The notes under the pieces were generated by a model. The model searched no databases. It worked only from the letters and a program-made list of their open reading frames with translations, and was not told where the DNA came from. From Parcubacteria group bacterium (GTDB lineage: Bacteria > Patescibacteriota > Minisyncoccia > Phycocordibacterales > UBA2135): a DNA stretch of 64,000 bases. This document shows positions 1 through 10,170 of the stretch, piece after piece. The position numbers were made by a program, and so were the translations under genes. The stretch spans positions 21,515-85,514 of the forward strand of contig JACQLQ010000001.1 in NCBI GenBank assembly GCA_016204045.1. Reading direction: 5' to 3'. Each line of letters begins with the position of its first letter. Positions within the stretch are counted from its first letter, which is position 1.

Positions 1-40
1 CATTCTCCGTACACCTAGCGGGGCCAACCCAGGTCCGTAA
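1..40 (+). CDS. probable 3' end of a gene entering from outside the window (..ILRTPSGANPGP*)
   Basis: open frame ending TAA at 38-40, followed by a terminator-like hairpin. Confidence 0.3.
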   Translation, partial: ILRTPSGANPGP

Positions 41-66
41 CGCACTGCGAATTTTTTAGTGTACAC

Positions 67-98
67 ATCCCCACTCATTGTGGGGATTTTATTTTTTA
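67..98 (+). terminator. intrinsic terminator
   Basis: ATCCCCAC-tcatt-GTGGGGAT followed by a T-rich tail. Confidence 0.6.
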
Positions 99-139
99 TT
101 TCCTCGAGCGAAGAGACAATATGGGGGTTAATCCCTTTA

Positions 140-595
140 TTATTTTGAGGTAAATAAGGTCTTTGCCTTTCTTTCCACCTCATCCATTGCCTCATTCGAG
201 AGGGCGTCTGCCTCCGTGTTTTCTTCGCGACGTATGTGTGTGAAGGACAAACGTGGAAAATCGGCCACCTTGCTATTCCAAACTTTTATGAACTGTGGGA
301 AAAGAGTTGGTTCTTTAATCTGATACTCCCCGCGCAACTGCTTGATAATGAGCTCACTGTCTGACCGCACCTCGACTTCTGTCTCTCCACGCTCATCTTT
401 GGGGATTATCTTCTTTAATTCTTGGAGCGCGTGGGCTACCGCTTCGTACTCTGCCCAGTTATTTGTCTGCGTGCCTAGTGGCAGAGCGATTTTCTTCAAA
501 ACCCCTTTCTTTTCGTCTGTAATGACAATTCCAGCGCCGGAAGGACCCGGATTGTTTCTTGCTCCCCCATCAGTGTAGATAGTAATTTTCCGCAT
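140..595 (-). CDS. rnhA: ribonuclease HI
   Basis: IYTDGGARNNPG, TNNWAEY, SDSELI, REENTEADAL motifs; start trimmed to MRKITI. Confidence 0.93.
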   Translation of the reverse strand: MRKITIYTDGGARNNPGPSGAGIVITDEKKGVLKKIALPLGTQTNNWAEYEAVAHALQELKKIIPKDERGETEVEVRSDSELIIKQLRGEYQIKEPTLFPQFIKVWNSKVADFPRLSFTHIRREENTEADALSNEAMDEVERKAKTLFTSK

Positions 596-617
596 GATTA
601 ATGATGCACCAAGAATA

Positions 618-2318
618 TCACTCCTCTCCAATATCTACAATTCGGAGGCGCAAACTGTCGCGGCCGGCAAAGACATTCTTCTCGATGTGGGCGGAGAACT
701 GTACGTACTGCCCCACCGCAAAACGACCGAGTAAGTGTTCTGCAAAAAATTGTATTGCTTCTATCTCTCTGCCAAAGCTATTTGCAAAGATAAGTTTGAG
801 ATGGTTCTTTTGCTTCCCGAAGCCCTCGACACGCCTGACCTCCGCATTCCGAAAAAGAAAAAGTGGTTTGGGGTTGCCCATCCCATAGGGCGAAAGCTTC
901 TCTATAACGCCATACGCCTCCCTTGTTACATTGTCGAGCGAGAGTGTTGTGTCTGCTTCCTGCGCCCCCTTTCGCTCTCGACGCGGTACTGTGTTACTTG
1001 CCTCCGCAAGGGCATCGGCAAGGAGGTGTAGCTTGTCCCTTCTTACCGAAAAGCCGCCTGCGCATTCGTGTCCTCCGTACGCCGTGAGTATCTCATCGGC
1101 ACATTGCATAAGCTCGAGCAAATGGACACTGCCATCTGAACGGCACGACCCCTTGAGGGTCCCATCCCCGCCCTCGCCCCACAAAAATACCGGGCGCGAG
1201 AATTCCTGCATAAGGGTGTTCGCCGCAAGTCCAAGTAGGCCCGGCTGCCAATTCGTGTTACCCAAGACAAGGACCGATTTGAGTTGGGACTCCTGAAGGC
1301 GTGCGCGCGCCTCCTTTACGATAGCCGCGACAAAACCCTTCCTTTTATTGTTCAGTACCTCAAGTTCTTTGGTAAGGGCGAGCGCTTCTGCATCGTTTTC
1401 TGTCGCAAGTAGGCGAAAAGCTTTTTCGGGAGAATCCATCCGCGAAGCGACGTTGATACGCGGCCCAATAACAAACCCGACATCATCTTCGGTGAGTAAG
1501 CTCTGTCTCACGCGCGCCGCACGCAAAAGTTCCTGGAGTCCCTTCCTCCTGTTCCGCTTGAGCACTGCGAGTCCATAGTAGGCAAGGGCCCTATTTTCCC
1601 CACGAAGCGGCACCATGTCGGAGAGTGTCGCGATACCCACCATATCTAGGAGCCACTTTTCCCAACCATCGTGGACCACAAACACACCTTCTTCGTTTCC
1701 TCTACGCAAGACTGCTGTGACGAGCTTCCAGGCAACTGCCGCTCCACATAGGTCCTTGAATGGATATTGGTCCCCTTCTTGTTTCGGGTTTATGATCGCG
1801 TATGCAGGGGGCATCTCCTGCGGCAGGTGGTGATCTGTTACGATGACATCAATGCCGAGCTCGTTTGCGCGCTCAATCGCCTTAGAGTCCGCCATGCCAC
1901 AGTCGGCGGTGATAATGAGAGCGGTCCCCTCGCCCGCAAGCTCCTCAACCGCGCTTACGTGTACGCCAAACCCTTCGTTGTGGCGATGCGGAATATAATT
2001 TCTAAAATTAGAGAAACCGATTTTCTTAAAAAAGTCGTGGAAAATAATCCCGGCAGGAATACCATCCGTGTCATAGTCGGTATATGCAACAATCCGCTCG
2101 CCACCCTTCACAGCCTTGAGAACGCGCGAGACACTTCGTTCCATGTCCTTTAAGAGAAACGGGTCATGTGTGTGGAGGTCGTAGTCAGGGTTTAGAAAAA
2201 ACTCGCGCTCATGCTCTTCAATCCCGCGATTTTGAAGGAGGAGGGTAAGTAGTTCTGAAATCTCTGTTTGAACGATTTCTTCGCGTTCACCTCGAGATAC
2301 TGCCGCGCCGTATGTCAT
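618..2318 (-). CDS. recJ: single-stranded DNA exonuclease RecJ
   Basis: DYDTDG, ITADCG, TDHH, GGH (DHH/DHHA1) and PYGMGNP motifs; ATG 6 nt after TACAAT. Confidence 0.95.
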   Translation of the reverse strand: MTYGAAVSRGEREEIVQTEISELLTLLLQNRGIEEHEREFFLNPDYDLHTHDPFLLKDMERSVSRVLKAVKGGERIVAYTDYDTDGIPAGIIFHDFFKKIGFSNFRNYIPHRHNEGFGVHVSAVEELAGEGTALIITADCGMADSKAIERANELGIDVIVTDHHLPQEMPPAYAIINPKQEGDQYPFKDLCGAAVAWKLVTAVLRRGNEEGVFVVHDGWEKWLLDMVGIATLSDMVPLRGENRALAYYGLAVLKRNRRKGLQELLRAARVRQSLLTEDDVGFVIGPRINVASRMDSPEKAFRLLATENDAEALALTKELEVLNNKRKGFVAAIVKEARARLQESQLKSVLVLGNTNWQPGLLGLAANTLMQEFSRPVFLWGEGGDGTLKGSCRSDGSVHLLELMQCADEILTAYGGHECAGGFSVRRDKLHLLADALAEASNTVPRRERKGAQEADTTLSLDNVTREAYGVIEKLSPYGMGNPKPLFLFRNAEVRRVEGFGKQKNHLKLIFANSFGREIEAIQFFAEHLLGRFAVGQYVQFSAHIEKNVFAGRDSLRLRIVDIGEE

Positions 2319-2358
2319 CTCGATATTGTAGCGCACTTTCCGAACAGATTGTTAAAAA

Positions 2359-2392
2359 CAAAAGCCCCCTGATTCAAATCGGGGGGCTTTTG
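2359..2392 (-). terminator. intrinsic terminator
   Basis: AAAGCCCCC...GGGGGCTTT hairpin downstream of the SIMPL gene. Confidence 0.6.
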
Positions 2393-2394
2393 GG

Positions 2395-3189
2395 TTAGTC
2401 AATCGCGTAGGTAACGTTCACATTCACCATTACTGTGTTTTCTCCCACAGGAAGTTCCGGAACTGGTGGGGCTCCCTTTTCCATATCGCCCCCCATGCCA
2501 AAGGCCGCCTCACGAGCAAAGTAAATCGGGCCGCCTCCTGATTCATAGAAGTTTACGACTTTCACAAGCCGTACATCGAGGTCGTCTGCGAGCTGTTTTG
2601 CTTTGTCTTCTGCGTCTTCAATCGCTTCCTTCCGTGCTTCCCGTCGTACTTCGTCTTCATCTTCAACGGTAAAGTTGATGCTAGAGATATTGGTTGCGCC
2701 ACGGCTCCCGAGTTGTGCGATCATCTCACCTGCCTTGTCCGTCTTTTTGGTTTTAACAGAAACCCAATGAGACACCTCGTACCCAATAAGCACGCGCTCG
2801 CCAGTCGGGAATCCTCTATTGTTCTGGTAATCATAGCGCGGGGAAATGTTGTAGCTGGTGGTCTTAAGATTTTTCTCTTCTACTCCCGCGTCCTTAAGGT
2901 ACGAGAGGAGGGCATTGCTGGTTTCTGTCACCACTCGTTGCGCGTCTGCGATTGTTTTTGCTTCTTCGATAACAGCAAAGGAGAATTCGGCCGTATCAGC
3001 GACGACAAACGCTTCCCCGGATCCGGAGACAGTAATCGTCCGTGTAAACTGGGCGTCTTGACCAATAAAGCGAAGCGCCTTCAATTCACCCGCGAATGAC
3101 GCGAGCAAGAAGAGTGCTCCGGTAAAAAGAAGCGCGATAAAGCCATAACGTATAACCTTGTCATTCCCCATTTCTTCGAAAGTTATCAT
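2395..3189 (-). CDS. SIMPL domain (DUF541) membrane-anchored protein
   Basis: N-terminal TM, TITVSGSGE, YNISPRYDY, REARKEAIEDA..KAKQLA pattern. Confidence 0.88.
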   Translation of the reverse strand: MITFEEMGNDKVIRYGFIALLFTGALFLLASFAGELKALRFIGQDAQFTRTITVSGSGEAFVVADTAEFSFAVIEEAKTIADAQRVVTETSNALLSYLKDAGVEEKNLKTTSYNISPRYDYQNNRGFPTGERVLIGYEVSHWVSVKTKKTDKAGEMIAQLGSRGATNISSINFTVEDEDEVRREARKEAIEDAEDKAKQLADDLDVRLVKVVNFYESGGGPIYFAREAAFGMGGDMEKGAPPVPELPVGENTVMVNVNVTYAID

Positions 3190-3247
3190 AGATGATTAAA
3201 TACTATAGGGTTTAATACTCTTTATTCCTTCATGGTATCATAAACTC

Positions 3248-4021
3248 ATGTCAGAAATCTATCTGTATACATTGGGGAGTGTCGCTGCCGTGAGCGCCAT
3301 CTCCTTTGTGGGCCTGTTTGCTCTTTCGTGGAAGGAGCGCTTTTTGCGGAGCATTATTTCTTTTTTGGTCGCACTCGCTGTCGGGGCGCTCTTGGGGGAC
3401 GCATTTATTCACCTTATTCCGCAAGCGTTTGCCGAAGCGGCAAATCCATCTTTTGTTGCAATACTTATTATTGCCGGCATTGTCCTGTTCTTTCTTCTTG
3501 AAACATTGGTGCATTGGCACCACGCGCATAGCCTAGAGTTGAGTGGCGAATCTCGAAATAGCGCAAAAGGCGTGCATATACATCCCACTGGCTATATGGT
3601 TCTCGTTGCCGACGGCTTACATAATTTCATTGATGGCATCATCATTGCGGTTTCTTATCTTGTTTCTATCGAAGTTGGTGTCGCCACAACAATTGCTGTC
3701 GTCTTGCACGAAATTCCCCAGGAGATCGGGGACTTCGGTGTGCTCTTACACGCAGGATTCGGAAGGATGCGGGCGCTTTTTCTTAACTTCGTCTCTGCAA
3801 CACTTGCCATTTTAGGAGCAATCATCGCCCTTGTGGCGGGCGAGAGTATCGAGCAGTTTGTCTTTTGGGTGCTCCCGCTCGCAGCTGCAAGCTTCATCTA
3901 CATCGCAACCGCAGACCTCTTCCCCGAGCTTCGTACTGCATCAAAACCAGTCTTTTTCCTGCAACTGTGCGCAATTATTCTCGGCGTTGCCGCAATGTAT
4001 CTCCTTGTATTTGTTGAATAG
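3248..4021 (+). CDS. ZIP family zinc/metal transporter
   Basis: DGLHNFIDG and HEIPQEIGDF signatures, His-rich loop, multiple TMs. Confidence 0.93.
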   Translation: MSEIYLYTLGSVAAVSAISFVGLFALSWKERFLRSIISFLVALAVGALLGDAFIHLIPQAFAEAANPSFVAILIIAGIVLFFLLETLVHWHHAHSLELSGESRNSAKGVHIHPTGYMVLVADGLHNFIDGIIIAVSYLVSIEVGVATTIAVVLHEIPQEIGDFGVLLHAGFGRMRALFLNFVSATLAILGAIIALVAGESIEQFVFWVLPLAAASFIYIATADLFPELRTASKPVFFLQLCAIILGVAAMYLLVFVE

Positions 4022-4028
4022 CTAGTGG

Positions 4029-4457
4029 CTAGGCGTCAAAAAAACGTTTCCCGGTCTTGAGCGCCTCCATGTGTGCGTGAAAAGCTTTGTACACAGGATT
4101 TGGGACATGCCTGGGGTCGTGCCACTCCCACCCTTCACACCTATCTCTCTCCATAACCTTTGGTTCACCGGCCTTCCAATCGGCGGTGAGAGCAATATCA
4201 ATATAATGATGTGGCGGATAATCTTTCATGTTCAGTACATGCAAAAACTGAATGTTCTCAATTTCAATCCCGGTTTCCTCCAACACTTCCCGTATCCCAC
4301 AATCGACAATAGCCTCCATGTATTCAAGGTGGCCACCCGGAAGCGACCACTCCCCTTCGCCGTGAACTCCTTTGCGCTTGCCCATTAAAATCTTGCCATC
4401 CTTGAAAACGATGACCCCGACACCAACCTTTGGATAATGTGCGTGAAAATTGTCCAT
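4029..4457 (-). CDS. NUDIX hydrolase (MutT/NUDT15-like)
   Basis: Nudix box GGHLEYMEAIVDCGIREVLEETG. Confidence 0.9.
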   Translation of the reverse strand: MDNFHAHYPKVGVGVIVFKDGKILMGKRKGVHGEGEWSLPGGHLEYMEAIVDCGIREVLEETGIEIENIQFLHVLNMKDYPPHHYIDIALTADWKAGEPKVMERDRCEGWEWHDPRHVPNPVYKAFHAHMEALKTGKRFFDA

Positions 4458-4462
4458 GGATA

Positions 4463-6439
4463 TTACGCATTTCGCAACAGTGAGGCATTTATCGCGACGA
4501 TAACAGTCGAAAGCGACATTAAGACCGCGCCGACGGCCGGTGAAAGCACGATACCTGCACTATAGAGAACCCCAGCCGCAAGAGGAAGCGCGACAATATT
4601 GTATCCTGCCGCCCACCAAAGATTCTGGATCATTTTATTATATGTTTTACGAGAAAGTTCCATGACTTGAACGACATCGAGCGGGTTGTTGCGTACCAAG
4701 ATGATACTTGCCGTTTCTATAGCAACATCAGTGCCAGCCCCTATGGCAACACCGATATCCGCCTGGGCAAGCGCGGGGGCGTCATTTACCCCGTCCCCAA
4801 CCATTAACACTTTTTGTCCCTCCTCTTGGAGGCGCATAATGACTTCGGATTTTTCGTGGGGCAATACTCCTGCGAAATAGTTATCGAGACCGAGTTCTTC
4901 GGCAACACGTTTTGCAACAGATTCATTGTCGCCGGTTAACATCACAACGTGATGCCCTTTTTCTTTAAGCACCCTCACGGCGGTGCGGGCTTCCGCACGT
5001 ACCGTATCGTCAAGGGCAAGGAAACCTATCGGCAACCCTTCTTTCAAAACAAATACTGCGGTTTTGCCTTGAGCCAACACCTCGTCTGCGCGTTTTGTAT
5101 CATACGACACGCGTTGCTGTTTTACATACGCTTCGGAGACCACCTGCACCAACACTCCCTTCACTTGCGCCTGGAAACCACGCCCGGGAATAATGCTTTG
5201 ATGTTCCGCTGGGTAGGTTTCCGGAGCCGCCTTAACGATTGCCTTAGCGATTGGATGAGACGAACCCTGGTCAACACTCGCCGCGTACTTTAAAACATCT
5301 TCCTTTGAATATTCTACAAACGGAACGACATCACTTACCACAAAAGCCCCTTCGGTTAATGTCCCTGTCTTATCGAACACAATCGTAGTGACACCGCGGG
5401 CGGCTTCAAACGCCATGCGATCTCGTATCAAAAAACCTTTCTGAGCTGACAAAGAGGTGGAGAAGGCGACAACAAGCGGTATCGCGAGGCCGAGTGCGTG
5501 CGGACAGGCAATCACGATGACCGCAATCGCACGCTCAACCGCAAAACCAAGAGGCTGGAGCAAAAAGAGCCAGGCAAAAAGAGTAACCGCCCCCCCGCCC
5601 AAAGCGACGACGGTGAGCCACATCGCGGCCCTGTTTGCCAAGTCCTGGGTCTTCGACTTGCTCTTCTGTGCCTCCTGCACAAGCGTCACCACATATGAAA
5701 GGTAGGTGTCTTTCCCCGTTTTTGTCACCTGCACAATGATAACAGCCTCTGCATTGAGGGCTCCTGCAATAACGCGACTTCCGGTTTGTTTTGAAACAAG
5801 CTTCGACTCACCTGTTAGCATCGATTCATCAACTGCCGTGAGACCCTCGACAACAACACCGTCGACAGGGATCCGCTCCCCCGGCTTAATGATGACCTCG
5901 TTCCCAATGTGGAGATCGGCAATGAAGACCTCGGAAACAGAACCATTGGCGTTTCGTAGGTGAGCGGTCTTCGGCAGAAGCCCCGCAAGTTCTTCGAGCG
6001 TGCGTGATGCGCCCATGACGCTCCGCATCTCGATCCAATGCCCGAGGAGCATAATATCAATAAGCGTCACAAGTTCGGAGAGAAGCTCCTTCCCGTTTCC
6101 CGCAAAGCCCAGAACAACTGCTCCGCTGTAGAGGAAGGCGGCCGTAATTGCCGCCGCAACTAGGGTCATCATCCCCGGCTGGCCATTTTTTAGCTCACTC
6201 CACGATCCCCTGAGAAAAGGCCAACCACCATAAAAATAGATAAGCGACGCGATGAGAAAAGCCAATTCAAAGCCGTACGACACCTGCAACCCAAAGAGAG
6301 ACTGCGCGTGCGGGGAAAGCGCGAGTACTGGGAGCGAGAGAACAAGCGCTACCCAAAAGCGCTTTTTAAAATCCTCCGCCATGTGGTTTCCATGCGTTCC
6401 GTGGGGAGCCCCATCATGACCCGAGTGTTCTGTGTGCAT
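4463..6439 (-). CDS. copB: P1B-type copper-exporting ATPase (CopB-like)
   Basis: His-rich N-terminus, TGES, CPHALGLA, DKTGT, GDGVNDAP. Confidence 0.9.
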   Translation of the reverse strand: MHTEHSGHDGAPHGTHGNHMAEDFKKRFWVALVLSLPVLALSPHAQSLFGLQVSYGFELAFLIASLIYFYGGWPFLRGSWSELKNGQPGMMTLVAAAITAAFLYSGAVVLGFAGNGKELLSELVTLIDIMLLGHWIEMRSVMGASRTLEELAGLLPKTAHLRNANGSVSEVFIADLHIGNEVIIKPGERIPVDGVVVEGLTAVDESMLTGESKLVSKQTGSRVIAGALNAEAVIIVQVTKTGKDTYLSYVVTLVQEAQKSKSKTQDLANRAAMWLTVVALGGGAVTLFAWLFLLQPLGFAVERAIAVIVIACPHALGLAIPLVVAFSTSLSAQKGFLIRDRMAFEAARGVTTIVFDKTGTLTEGAFVVSDVVPFVEYSKEDVLKYAASVDQGSSHPIAKAIVKAAPETYPAEHQSIIPGRGFQAQVKGVLVQVVSEAYVKQQRVSYDTKRADEVLAQGKTAVFVLKEGLPIGFLALDDTVRAEARTAVRVLKEKGHHVVMLTGDNESVAKRVAEELGLDNYFAGVLPHEKSEVIMRLQEEGQKVLMVGDGVNDAPALAQADIGVAIGAGTDVAIETASIILVRNNPLDVVQVMELSRKTYNKMIQNLWWAAGYNIVALPLAAGVLYSAGIVLSPAVGAVLMSLSTVIVAINASLLRNA

Positions 6440-6466
6440 ACTGACAGTATATAAGACGAAGTGCTT

Positions 6467-7570
6467 TTATTCACCCTTTTTGGCGACAAGCTCTGGGGTC
6501 TCTGACACATATTCAAGAATAAACTGCGCGCGACCGAGAAGTTGCCCCCGCCCCGTCTTTGCATTGACGCGCCATCGCCCCGGAGCAAGGTTCTCTATGA
6601 GGGAATATCCTCGGTACCCGCCGTCACGTCCGCCAAGAATTGGGAAGGGGATGCGGGATGCAATGACCCATTCCCCCGTCGTATCATCATAGTGCTCCCA
6701 CTCATGCACGATTGAAGTTGCAAGATCTGTCGGCGCAAAGATGGAACTGTAGAAAAAGACCGGGGCATGAGGTGTAATATGCACGATTTCAGGGGATAGC
6801 AGTGTCGCGAACCACAACCTCTTTTCGTCTCGAATGATATACTCATCTCCAACTCGTCGAACTTGATGGGCCACCTCTGCCCCCTTGAGCGAGAGTGGTA
6901 TGGGCGGAATAATATTGGCAAAATAAAGCACATTCAATGCGACAAACATCGTTCCGATGCTCAGGACAAGGTAGCGCTTGCTCTCGGCGATACGCGCCGG
7001 GATGAAGAGGGCGAGGGCAAGAACGAATCCGGCAACAAGCGCGAGGCTTATTGCGCCGCTAAAGAGAAATATTTCTCCACCCATGGCACCCAACACTATC
7101 GGGACGTAAAAAATGGTAAATGAGAATAATACAAAATAGAACATGCTCACCTGGAAGACGAGACGCTGGTAGCGGGCTCTCAAAAACTCATTCCCAATAA
7201 GGAGGGCAATCAGGAATATGAGAAACGGCCAACTTGTGACGAGTGATGCGCTCTTGCTGTAGAAAATGAAAAACCCGGAAAAAAGAGCTCCGAAGGAAAA
7301 TTGCATGAGAAGCGGCGCAACCCTCCGCATGAATGGTCGCGACTGCGCGGCGAGCGCTTTTCCTTCGTAGAAATTAATAAAGGTGATGCAGGCCGCGACA
7401 ATGACCAAATGCGTCACAATCACAAACTGCTCAAAGGCAAGATCAATACGCCTGAGCGTCAACGTATCAACGATAAACCCAAGAATCAGTGCGCCAGACA
7501 AAAAACGTCCTTCATATCGGAAATACCATGACTCAAACTTTTTTGTTGTCCCCTTCAGTTTGCTTAACAC
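6467..7570 (-). CDS. DUF2914-like membrane protein
   Basis: multi-TM N-terminus, C-terminal beta domain with GYRGYS..PGRWRV. Confidence 0.7.
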   Translation of the reverse strand: MLSKLKGTTKKFESWYFRYEGRFLSGALILGFIVDTLTLRRIDLAFEQFVIVTHLVIVAACITFINFYEGKALAAQSRPFMRRVAPLLMQFSFGALFSGFFIFYSKSASLVTSWPFLIFLIALLIGNEFLRARYQRLVFQVSMFYFVLFSFTIFYVPIVLGAMGGEIFLFSGAISLALVAGFVLALALFIPARIAESKRYLVLSIGTMFVALNVLYFANIIPPIPLSLKGAEVAHQVRRVGDEYIIRDEKRLWFATLLSPEIVHITPHAPVFFYSSIFAPTDLATSIVHEWEHYDDTTGEWVIASRIPFPILGGRDGGYRGYSLIENLAPGRWRVNAKTGRGQLLGRAQFILEYVSETPELVAKKGE

Positions 7571-7619
7571 ATTTACTACTTCTTACTTCCTGTGGGCCTG
7601 AGGTGGTCACAAGGAGTGT

Positions 7620-8630
7620 TTAATTTATTTCGATATCAATATACTTGACCGAGGGAACCGCGGCTATGATCTTCTTCTCTACTTCATCAATCTTCCGACC
7701 CACGAGGCGCGGGATGTGGTTCGTCTGGTACGCAATGAACCTTTTGAACTCTTCATAGTCGTCTTTAATGATCTCGTATTCCCCCTCAAGATCCCCTCGA
7801 TCAAACACTTCTTTGATGAGTGCCGCTCCATTGAATTCTATTTCGCACTTTATCCGGTACTTCCCAATATCGAGGACTTCTGATTTGAAATCAATCACCT
7901 TTTCGATATAGGGCTCCGCAACGAGCATTTCCGTGATTTGTTCTGCGAGTTCCTCTGGAATACTTTTCCCTATGAGAAATTCTCGATTCTTTTTGATGAG
8001 AAAAACGGCGATAACGGCCAAGATAAGCCCGACAATAATAGAACCAACGGCATCCCACAAATAGTTGTGCGTGAAATATGAAAGGGTGACCGAGCATAAG
8101 GCTACGATTACTCCCAAGACGGCAGCTGTGTCTTCGTACACAACAGCGATGGTAACTGGATCTCCGTGCTCAAGTGCCTCAACAAATGTCTTTTCTTTGT
8201 TATGCAGTCGCAGTTCTTGAGCCGCCTTGTACAGGGTAAACGACTCAATAACAAATGCGGTGATGAGAATGGCAAATATTGTGGTGCTTAGCTCCGCTTC
8301 ATGGTGCGACAGAAGGGACGAGATACCATGATACACAGTAACTCCTGCACCTAAAAAGAAGATGCCGCATGCCGAGATGAGCGCCCAGAGGAACCGCTCG
8401 TTCCCGTAGCCATATGCGTACTCCTCGTCTGCAACACGGGTTGAACTACGGAGTCCAATAAGGAGGAGAGATTGGTTCATGGTGTCCGCTAAGCTGTGCA
8501 CCGCCTCGCTAAAGAGAGAACTTGAGCCAGAGAGAAAATATCCAATAAACTTAAGGACTGTTATGCAGGCATTCCCTCCCAAAGCAAAAATGACCGAGGT
8601 AGTACCGGCTATTGCTTTATTGGGCTTCAT
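7620..8630 (-). CDS. cation diffusion facilitator transporter (ZnT9-like)
   Basis: SEAVHSLAD, YGYGNER, EDTAA, WDAVGS motifs. Confidence 0.9.
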   Translation of the reverse strand: MKPNKAIAGTTSVIFALGGNACITVLKFIGYFLSGSSSLFSEAVHSLADTMNQSLLLIGLRSSTRVADEEYAYGYGNERFLWALISACGIFFLGAGVTVYHGISSLLSHHEAELSTTIFAILITAFVIESFTLYKAAQELRLHNKEKTFVEALEHGDPVTIAVVYEDTAAVLGVIVALCSVTLSYFTHNYLWDAVGSIIVGLILAVIAVFLIKKNREFLIGKSIPEELAEQITEMLVAEPYIEKVIDFKSEVLDIGKYRIKCEIEFNGAALIKEVFDRGDLEGEYEIIKDDYEEFKRFIAYQTNHIPRLVGRKIDEVEKKIIAAVPSVKYIDIEIN

Positions 8631-8665
8631 AGAGAGGAATTATACCACACTGGAGATGATGCTTT

Positions 8666-8741
8666 TGGGGTGCCCAAAGGGATTCGAACCCTTTCTGGAT
8701 CCTTCACAGGGATCAGTGCTAACCGTTACACCATGGGCACC
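8666..8741 (-). tRNA. tRNA-His(GTG) with encoded G-1 and CCA
   Basis: cloverleaf; anticodon arm GATCC-CT GTG AA-GGATC; TTCGAAT T-loop. Confidence 0.95.
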
Positions 8742-8812
8742 ATCTTCTACTATCTTCTACTAAACGTGTGGTAGTGTACCATGAAAAATGCGGGGTGAAA
8801 ATGGGTAGCGTG

Positions 8813-9649
8813 CTACCAGCCGCCGCGTTCAACAAGACCTTTAAAACGAGACATCATTTCTTTCGTATTCTCCCCAACAACACCATCACCGATTGTGTGG
8901 GCATCAATGCGTGTAACCGGCACAATGCGACGCCCCGTTGAGGTGATGAACGCTTCGGTTGCTTCACTCAAAACTTCTTCGAGAGACAATTCGCGCTCTT
9001 CGACCTCAAACGTATCTCTCGCCAACTTAAGTGTGGCGTAACGAGTGATGCCTTGGAGAATATTCTTTTGCGGAGTGATGAGTGTGTCGCCCTTAAAAAT
9101 ACAGAAATTGCACGTTGAAGCTTCGAGCACATTACCCTCCCATGTGTAGAGGATCTCATACGCCCCAGCCTTCTTCTTTTTGCCCTGGAGAAGGACGGGG
9201 AAAATATAATTACTTGTTTTTGCTTCCGGGAAAAGACGTAGGTGCTCTGCCGTCATGAGCTTTACTCCTTTTTCATAGGCTTCCTTCTTCGGACTAATGT
9301 CGCCTTGGAGAAAAATGAAGAAGGTTGGCGTCTCTGGGTTGAAGATAAGACCATCGATTCTTCCGGCGTTGAGTACCGCGCGAAGAGAACAGTCTTTCAT
9401 TTTGTTCTTCCGGAGCAAGAGCCCCACCTGGCGCCTGAACTCATCCTTTGAGAGCGGAATTCTTAAGTTAAGTTTCTTTGCGGAGTTCTGAAACCTGTTC
9501 CAATGTTCATCAAAAAGGAAAATCTCGCCGTCATGGATACCCATAAAGTCGAAAATCCCATAGCCGCGCAAAATCCCCCCGTCACTTATGTGCAAGGTCG
9601 CGTCATCGCTCGGAATAATCTTTCCGTTAAGGTAACAATACTCGTGCAT
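8813..9649 (-). CDS. class IV PLP aminotransferase (D-amino acid / branched-chain type)
   Basis: RGYGIFD, AKTSNY (PLP Lys), EASTCN, ILQGITR, EAFITST; start trimmed to MHEYCY. Confidence 0.9.
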   Translation of the reverse strand: MHEYCYLNGKIIPSDDATLHISDGGILRGYGIFDFMGIHDGEIFLFDEHWNRFQNSAKKLNLRIPLSKDEFRRQVGLLLRKNKMKDCSLRAVLNAGRIDGLIFNPETPTFFIFLQGDISPKKEAYEKGVKLMTAEHLRLFPEAKTSNYIFPVLLQGKKKKAGAYEILYTWEGNVLEASTCNFCIFKGDTLITPQKNILQGITRYATLKLARDTFEVEERELSLEEVLSEATEAFITSTGRRIVPVTRIDAHTIGDGVVGENTKEMMSRFKGLVERGGW

Positions 9650-9750
9650 ATAGGTAGTATATACTCTGTAACACTCCGAAATCAAAAAACGACATCCCCC
9701 TTCGCCTCCGCCAGACGGCGGATGGCGAATGGTGGAGCCGCTTAAACCAT

Positions 9751-10128
9751 TCACAACTTCAGTATCGCGATGAGCCGACGAGGAAGGTCGCGTTTCTGAC
9801 ATTCGTGGGTGCATCCCATCGCTACGCAACGCATGCGAACAAACTCATCACTTGAAACAGAAATCATTGGACCCGTAAATGTGGGACTAAACTCCTTAAT
9901 GAGGGCGAGCGCTTCGGGTACCGTGCTGTGACCACTCAAATAGCCATCCAAGACGATCGCAGCGAGATCAGGATTGGCCTTGAACTGTTCTATCGCCTCA
10001 TCAACAGTAAAAGCCTGAACTATCTCTACTTTATCGCCCAAGTCTGCAAGCTGCAGTTTCCACGCCGCGTGGACACCCCTTTCGTCATCAACAAAAAGAA
10101 CCTTCGGCTTCATTGGATTCCTCGCCAT
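9751..10128 (-). CDS. stand-alone response regulator receiver domain
   Basis: VLFVDDE, IVLD, SS and terminal K of a REC fold; no output domain. Confidence 0.75.
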   Translation of the reverse strand: MARNPMKPKVLFVDDERGVHAAWKLQLADLGDKVEIVQAFTVDEAIEQFKANPDLAAIVLDGYLSGHSTVPEALALIKEFSPTFTGPMISVSSDEFVRMRCVAMGCTHECQKRDLPRRLIAILKL

Positions 10129-10170
10129 GTTTGCTCCCTAGAGGATACTCCTCAAAGAAGTGCGGGGCAA

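Noticed and set aside
1-50. SRP RNA or RNase P RNA fragment (CAGGTCCG)
   Set aside because: Lacks the GGAAGCAGC half of SRP helix 8; better explained as a CDS end followed by a terminator.
9699-9730. TTCGCC-TCCGCC-agac-GGCGGA-T-GGCGAA hairpin as a riboswitch
   Set aside because: Single hairpin between a stop codon and the next promoter; most simply a terminator.
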